Below, piece after piece: positions 58,899-64,000 of a stretch of DNA of 64,000 bases. The notes under the pieces are model-generated. The model searched no databases. It saw nothing but the letters and a program-made list of their open reading frames with translations, and was not told the DNA's origin. The translations under genes were made by a program, and so were the position numbers. How positions within the stretch are numbered: position 1 is the stretch's first letter; each line of letters starts with the position of its first letter. Source of the DNA: an uncultured Candidatus Rokubacteria bacterium (GTDB taxonomy: Bacteria > Methylomirabilota > Methylomirabilia > Rokubacteriales > CSP1-6); the NCBI GenBank assembly GCA_963771355.1, contig CAVYTA010000005.1, positions 64,001 to 128,000 on the forward strand. The letters run 5' to 3'.

Positions 58899-61457
58899 AT
58901 GAGCGCGCGTGCCCGGGCGCTCGACGCGTACCGGGCCAAGCGCGATCCCGCGCGGACGCCCGAGCCCTTCAGCGGGCGGCGCGCGGCGGGGAGCCGGCTT
59001 TTCGTCGTCCAGAAGCATGCCGCCCGGCGCCTCCACTACGACCTCCGCCTGGAGATGGACGGCGTCCTCAAGAGCTGGGCGGTGCCCAAGGGCCCATCGA
59101 TGCGTCACGGCGAGAGGCGCCTGGCCGTCCACGTCGAGGATCATCCCGTGGAGTACGCGGACTTCGAGGGCGTGATCCCGCGTGACAACTATGGCGCCGG
59201 CTCGGTGATCGTCTGGGACCGCGGCTGGTATCGTCTCGCCAAAGGCGAAGACCCCCTCCGCGAGCTCGCGCAGGGCAAGCTCGAATTCGAGCTCTACGGG
59301 ATGAAGCTCCGCGGGCGCTGGACGCTGGCGCGGATGGGCGGGCGCCGCGCGGAGGGAGTGGCACCGGCCAAGGACTGGCTCCTCCTCAAGGCGCCCGACG
59401 CCTACGCCGATAGCGAGGAGCCGGTCGAGCGCGCGCCCGAATCGGTCTTCTCCGGCCTCACCGTGGAGGAGATCGGCGGGGAGTCCGAGAAGCGCGCCGC
59501 GCTCGATACCGTCCTCGCGTCGCTCGAGGCGCCGGTCGGCGAGGTCGTCGCCCGGCGGCAGCCGCTCATGCTTGCGACGCTCGCGGAGCGGACGCCGGCG
59601 GGACCCGGCTGGCTCTTCGAGATCAAGTACGACGGGGTGCGCGTCCTCGCCGAGCGGGACGGCGACACGGTGGCGCTCTACGGCCGGAAGGGAGATGCGG
59701 TGACCGCGCGCTATCCGGAGGTGGTGCGCGCGCTCCGGGCTCTGCCGGTATCCCGCTTCGTGATCGACGGCGAGATCGTGGCCCTCGGCGAGGATGGCCG
59801 GCCGAGCTTCCAGCGTCTCCAGGCCCGGATGCACCTCACGCGTGCCGACGACATCGATGCCGCCCGCGCGGCGGTGCCGGCCACCGGGATCTTCTTCGAC
59901 TGCCTGGCCATCGAAGGTCGCGATCTCCGGCGCCGGCCGCTCCTCGAGCGCAAGGGATGCCTCGAGCTCCTGGTGCCCACCCGCGGCGTGGCCCGCTACT
60001 GCGAGCACGTCGCGGGGGGCGGGGCCGCGTTCTTCGAGGCGGTGGGAGAGCTCGGTCTCGAAGGCATCGTCGCCAAGCGGGCGGCGAGCGCCTACGCGGG
60101 CGGGCGCTCCCGCGACTGGGTCAAGGTGAAGTGCCAGCACCGGCAAGAGTTCGTCATCGGCGGTTACACCGCGCCCCAGGGCTCGCGCGGCTACTTCGGA
60201 GCGCTCCACCTCGGCCTCTACGAGGAGGATCGCCTCGTCTACGTATCCAAGGTGGGGACCGGATTCGACGAGCGCGCCCTCGCCGCGATCGCGAAGCGCC
60301 TTGCCCCGCTCGCCCGCGCCACGTCACCGTTCGCGGCGGGCTCGCCGACCGGCCGCGGGCATCACTGGGTGGAGCCGCGGCTCGTCTGCGAGGTACGCTT
60401 CACCGACTGGACGGCCGACGGGGGCATCCGCCATCCCGCCTTCCTCGGACTCCGGGATGACCGACGGCCCGAGGAGTGCCGGCGGGAGCGGCCATTCGAG
60501 CTTCCGTCCGCCCCCCCGGCGCCGGCGGCCCCCGAGGAAGGAGAAGCGCCGCCGCCGCCTCCGGTGGAACGCCAGGTGGTGAAGGTCACCAACCCCAAAA
60601 AGGTCTTCTGGCCGGCGGAAGGCTATACCAAGGCCGATCTCGTCGCGTACTACGAGACGGTGGCGCCGCACCTCCTGCCCTACCTTCGCGACCGCCCCTT
60701 GGTTCTCACACGCTATCCCGACGGGATCACCGGCAAGTCTTTCTTCCAGAAGGACGCCCCCGACTTCGCCCCCGCGTGGATTCGCACCGAGCGCATCTAC
60801 TCGCACGACACGGAGCGGGACATCGATTATTTCGTCGTGGACGACGTGGAGTCGCTCCGCTACGTGGCGAACCTCGGCACGATCCCTCTCCACTTCTGGG
60901 GGGCGCGAGTCCCGCACCTGGACCGGCCGGATTGGCTCGTCCTCGACCTCGACCCGAAGGGCGCGCCGTTCACCGACGTGGTGGCGGTCGCCCGCACGCT
61001 CCGGCGCATTCTCGAGCGGCTCGAGGTGCCGAGCCACGTCAAGACCTCGGGAGCCACCGGGCTGCACATCCTGGTGCCCCTCGGCGCCCGCTACACCCAC
61101 GACGAGGCGCGCACCTTCGCGCGACTCCTCGCCACGCTCGGCGTCGAGGCGGCCGGCGGCATCGCGACCATTGCCCGTCCCATCCGGGCCCGTGGCGGCA
61201 AGGTCTACATCGACTTCGGCCAGAATGGCCACGGCCGCACCATCGTGGCGCCGTACTCCGTGCGCCCGCTGCCGGGGGCGCCGGTGTCGTGTCCGCTTCG
61301 CTGGGACGAGGTAACCCCGAAGCTCGACCCCGCGCGCTTCACCATCGCCACCGCGCCGGCCCGGTTCGCGCGGATGCGCGACCCCCTCGCGGCGATCCTC
61401 ACTCACCCGGGCATCGATCTCGCCGAGACGCTGGCGCGCCTGGCCGAGCGGCGATAA
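58899..61457 (+). CDS. ligD: DNA ligase D (phosphoesterase-ligase-polymerase)
   Basis: QKHAARRLHYDLRLE; EIKYDG, EGIVAK, WVKVK; RYPDG..FFQK, DLDP, KTSG..GLH. Confidence 0.96.
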   Translation: MSARARALDAYRAKRDPARTPEPFSGRRAAGSRLFVVQKHAARRLHYDLRLEMDGVLKSWAVPKGPSMRHGERRLAVHVEDHPVEYADFEGVIPRDNYGAGSVIVWDRGWYRLAKGEDPLRELAQGKLEFELYGMKLRGRWTLARMGGRRAEGVAPAKDWLLLKAPDAYADSEEPVERAPESVFSGLTVEEIGGESEKRAALDTVLASLEAPVGEVVARRQPLMLATLAERTPAGPGWLFEIKYDGVRVLAERDGDTVALYGRKGDAVTARYPEVVRALRALPVSRFVIDGEIVALGEDGRPSFQRLQARMHLTRADDIDAARAAVPATGIFFDCLAIEGRDLRRRPLLERKGCLELLVPTRGVARYCEHVAGGGAAFFEAVGELGLEGIVAKRAASAYAGGRSRDWVKVKCQHRQEFVIGGYTAPQGSRGYFGALHLGLYEEDRLVYVSKVGTGFDERALAAIAKRLAPLARATSPFAAGSPTGRGHHWVEPRLVCEVRFTDWTADGGIRHPAFLGLRDDRRPEECRRERPFELPSAPPAPAAPEEGEAPPPPPVERQVVKVTNPKKVFWPAEGYTKADLVAYYETVAPHLLPYLRDRPLVLTRYPDGITGKSFFQKDAPDFAPAWIRTERIYSHDTERDIDYFVVDDVESLRYVANLGTIPLHFWGARVPHLDRPDWLVLDLDPKGAPFTDVVAVARTLRRILERLEVPSHVKTSGATGLHILVPLGARYTHDEARTFARLLATLGVEAAGGIATIARPIRARGGKVYIDFGQNGHGRTIVAPYSVRPLPGAPVSCPLRWDEVTPKLDPARFTIATAPARFARMRDPLAAILTHPGIDLAETLARLAERR

Positions 61458-61490
61458 GGGCCCATCTGCGACGTCCCGGTAAGCCGGGAC

Positions 61491-61618
61491 GCCGGGCGGC
61501 GAGAAGGGTCCAGATGCGAGGCGGCGCCCGACGGCCGCACGCGAAGGCGTACTTTCTGTACGTTGAGCGTGCGGCCGAGGGCGCCAACGACGCAGATGGG
61601 CCCTTCTCGCCGCCCGGC
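61491..61618. repeat. 128-nt MITE/REP-like long hairpin with 28-bp terminal inverted repeats
   Basis: GCCGGGCGGCGAGAAGGGtCCAgaTGCG ... CGCAGATGGGCCCTTCTCGCCGCCCGGC (25/28) plus nested stems. Confidence 0.8.
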
Positions 61619-62346
61619 TAGGCCAGCAGCTCGGTGAGCTTCCGGGCCAGGGGCGGGCCGGTGGCGCCGTCCTCGTGCTTGAAATAGACGAAGGCGCCCC
61701 CGGCGCCGAAGAGCTCGCGGATCGTCCCCGCCCAGTGCGCGAGCGCCTCCGGCGAGTATTCGACGGCGCGGAGGCGAAAATAACCCCAGTCGGCGGTGGC
61801 CACCGCCGGGGTAGCGCCGTCGTCGTGGTCGACGATGCACAGCGCGACGTTCCGCCCGCGCAGCAGCCCGTAGACCTCCTCGTCGAACCAGCTCGGGTGG
61901 CGAAATTCGAAGGCCACGCGCAGATCGAGCGGGAGCAGCGCGAGCACACCGCCGAGGCGCTCCGTGTCCTTCTTGAAGTTCGGCGGGAGCTGGAAGAGGA
62001 GGGGGCCGAGCTTCCCGGCGAGGAGGCGCGCCGTGTCGCAGAAGTAGCGGACGGGCTCCTCCACCTCCCGGAGCCGCTGGAAGTGGGTGATCCGCTGGGA
62101 CGCCTTCAGCGCGAAGGTGAAGCGATCCGGGGTGGCCGCCGTCCAGCCGGCGACGGTCTTGGCGTTCGGCAGGCGGTAGAAAGTGTAGTTGATCTCGACG
62201 GTGGGGAAGCGCTCGGCGTAGTAGGGGAGCATTTTGGCCGTCGAGAGGCCCTCCGGATAGAAGGCTCCTTTCCACTCCGGGTAGTTGTACCCGGAGGTCC
62301 CGACGAGGATGCGCGCAGTCGCGGGGTCGTCTTGCGCCGGCACCAT
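61618..62346 (-). CDS. DUF72 (YecE) family protein
   Basis: GTSGYNY..W, VEINYTFY, LFQLPP, AFEFRH, YFRLR. Confidence 0.93.
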   Translation of the reverse strand: MVPAQDDPATARILVGTSGYNYPEWKGAFYPEGLSTAKMLPYYAERFPTVEINYTFYRLPNAKTVAGWTAATPDRFTFALKASQRITHFQRLREVEEPVRYFCDTARLLAGKLGPLLFQLPPNFKKDTERLGGVLALLPLDLRVAFEFRHPSWFDEEVYGLLRGRNVALCIVDHDDGATPAVATADWGYFRLRAVEYSPEALAHWAGTIRELFGAGGAFVYFKHEDGATGPPLARKLTELLA

Positions 62347-62355
62347 GCCGTCAGA

Positions 62356-62784
62356 CTAGGACGCGCCCTCGCCTCGGTCAAGGCGAAGCGGCTCAAGCTG
62401 GCGCTCAGGGTCCGACATCGCCTTGAACAGCGCCGCCCACTTGAGCAAGGCGTCGAGCGCCGGGCACAGGGCCTGGCCCCAGTCCGTCAGGCAGTACTCG
62501 ACCTTGGGTGGAACCTGGTGGTGGACGATACGTCGGACGATTCCGTCGGCTTCCATCCGGCGAAGCTGCTGGATCAGCATCTTCTGGGAAATGGCCGGAA
62601 TCGCCCGTTCCAGGCTCGAGAAGCGCAGCACCTTGCCACCGAAGAGATGAAACAGGATCATCAGCTTCCAGCGCCCCTCGAGAATCTTCAGGGCTTCCTC
62701 AACGCCTCGAGCGGCCGAAGTCGGTGTCAGCTCACCGCCCTTACCTTCAGGTCGGTACCTTACTTTCTTGTGCGTTCTTGCCAT
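62356..62784 (-). CDS. HxlR-family winged-helix regulator
   Basis: GRWKLMIL, ISQKML, VPPKVEY.LT..G. Confidence 0.92.
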   Translation of the reverse strand: MARTHKKVRYRPEGKGGELTPTSAARGVEEALKILEGRWKLMILFHLFGGKVLRFSSLERAIPAISQKMLIQQLRRMEADGIVRRIVHHQVPPKVEYCLTDWGQALCPALDALLKWAALFKAMSDPERQLEPLRLDRGEGAS

Positions 62785-62851
62785 TGGGTCAGCATATTTC
62801 TATCCTCTGACCGATGCAATGCAACGAGGAGCGTGACGAGGAGGACCGGAG

Positions 62852-63694
62852 ATGACCATCGGACGACCCGAATCCGTGTCCCGAACCTTCATGACCCAGG
62901 TGACGCCCTTTTCATTCGATCCGACCGAATTCGCCGGCAAGCGTGCCCTTGTCACTGGCGGGACCAAGGGCATGGGTGAGGCCATCGTGCGGCGCCTCGC
63001 TGCCGGCGGCGCGAGGGTGGCGACCACCGCACGCTCACCGTTACCAGAAAGCCAGGTTGTGGAATTGTTCGTCCAAGCCGACATCAGCACTGGCGAGGGC
63101 GTGGACAAGGTGGTCCGAGGAGTACTGGACCGTCTCGGCGGGGTGGATATCCTCGTCAGCAACGTCGGCGGCTCCTCCGCCCCGAGCGGCGGCGTGCTGG
63201 CTCTCGGCGACCAGGATTGGCAGGACACCATCAACGCCAACCTGCTCGGGGCGGTCCGCCTCGACCGCGGGCTGCTGCCCGGTATGCTGGAGCAGGGATC
63301 CGGCGTCATCATCCATATCTCGTCGATCCAGCGGCGCCTGCCGCTGTTCGAGGCGACGCTCGCCTATGCGGCGGCCAAGGCCGCGCTGACGACCTACAGC
63401 AAGGGGTTGTCGAAGGAAGTCGGGCCCAGGGGCGTCCGCGTGAATACGGTCGCGCCCGGCTTCATCGAAACGACGGCCGCACATGGCCTCATCGTTCGGC
63501 TCGCAGAACAGGCCGGGACTGACGAGGATGCTGCCCGCCGGGGCCTGATCGCCACTCTTGGAGGGATTCCGATTGGCAGGCCCGGCCGGCCCGAAGAGGT
63601 CGCTGAATTGGTGGCCTTCCTCGTTTCCAACCGGGCCGCCTCGATTCACGGGAGCGAATACGCAATCGATGGCGGCACCGTACCGGTCGTCTGA
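62852..63694 (+). CDS. SDR oxidoreductase
   Basis: TGGTKGMG, NVGG, YAAAK, VAPG, IDGG. Confidence 0.93.
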   Translation: MTIGRPESVSRTFMTQVTPFSFDPTEFAGKRALVTGGTKGMGEAIVRRLAAGGARVATTARSPLPESQVVELFVQADISTGEGVDKVVRGVLDRLGGVDILVSNVGGSSAPSGGVLALGDQDWQDTINANLLGAVRLDRGLLPGMLEQGSGVIIHISSIQRRLPLFEATLAYAAAKAALTTYSKGLSKEVGPRGVRVNTVAPGFIETTAAHGLIVRLAEQAGTDEDAARRGLIATLGGIPIGRPGRPEEVAELVAFLVSNRAASIHGSEYAIDGGTVPVV

Positions 63695-63714
63695 CCCGTC
63701 GGCCTCCCTACCGG

Positions 63715-64000
63715 CTATTTCTCGCCGAGGTAGGTCTTCCGGACGAGGTCCGAGCGCAACAGCTCGGCGGCCGCGTCCTGGAGCACGATGCGTCCGGTCT
63801 GGATGACGTATCCCCGGTGCGCGACGCGGAGGGCCATGCGGGCGTTCTGCTCGACGAGCAGGATGGTGGTGCCCTGGCGATTGATGTCCTCGACGATCTT
63901 GAAGATGGCGTCGACGAGGATGGGGGAGAGGCCCATCGACGGCTCGTCGAGCAGGAGCAGGCTCGGCCGCGCCATCAGCGCGCGCCCGATGGCCAGCATC
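63715..64000 (-). CDS. livF: Branched-chain amino-acid ABC ATPase (partial; 5' end outside window)
   Basis: MLAIGRALM, LDEPSMGL, VEQNA, YLG. Confidence 0.9.
   Translation of the reverse strand, partial: MLAIGRALMARPSLLLLDEPSMGLSPILVDAIFKIVEDINRQGTTILLVEQNARMALRVAHRGYVIQTGRIVLQDAAAELLRSDLVRKTYLGEK

Overview
A 64-kb, very GC-rich bacterial chromosomal segment. Gene style (multi-GAF kinase remnants, Tat-exported binding proteins, GC-rich palindromic repeats) suggests Ca. Rokubacteria/Methylomirabilota; this is inference only. It holds about 58 intact or edge-truncated CDS, mostly transporters (CUT1 ABC, Dpp-type, polar amino-acid ABC, TRAP, LivF) and catabolic enzymes (acyl-CoA ligases, BVMO, 6-oxocamphor-hydrolase-like crotonase, amidohydrolases, LLM, TauD), plus PPi-PFK, two class III cyclases and Ku/LigD NHEJ. 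I saw no rRNA, tRNA, CRISPR, integrase or transposase. Highlights: (1) a tightly coupled cytoplasmic patatin + S8 protease + MBL-hydrolase operon (39104-43540), a candidate undescribed protease-triggered defence/conflict system; (2) a sulfotransferase + Sat-CysC cassette that splits an ABC operon between ~205-bp direct repeats, with a copy of a promoter from 20 kb away fused at an 8-bp microhomology; (3) a second 4.4-kb block bounded by a duplicated gene 3' end; (4) a decayed GAF histidine kinase whose fragments bracket two atypical cyclases; (5) many short gene-end scars at module junctions and a 128-nt MITE-like hairpin after ligD. All calls come from motif reading by eye; no database searches were run.
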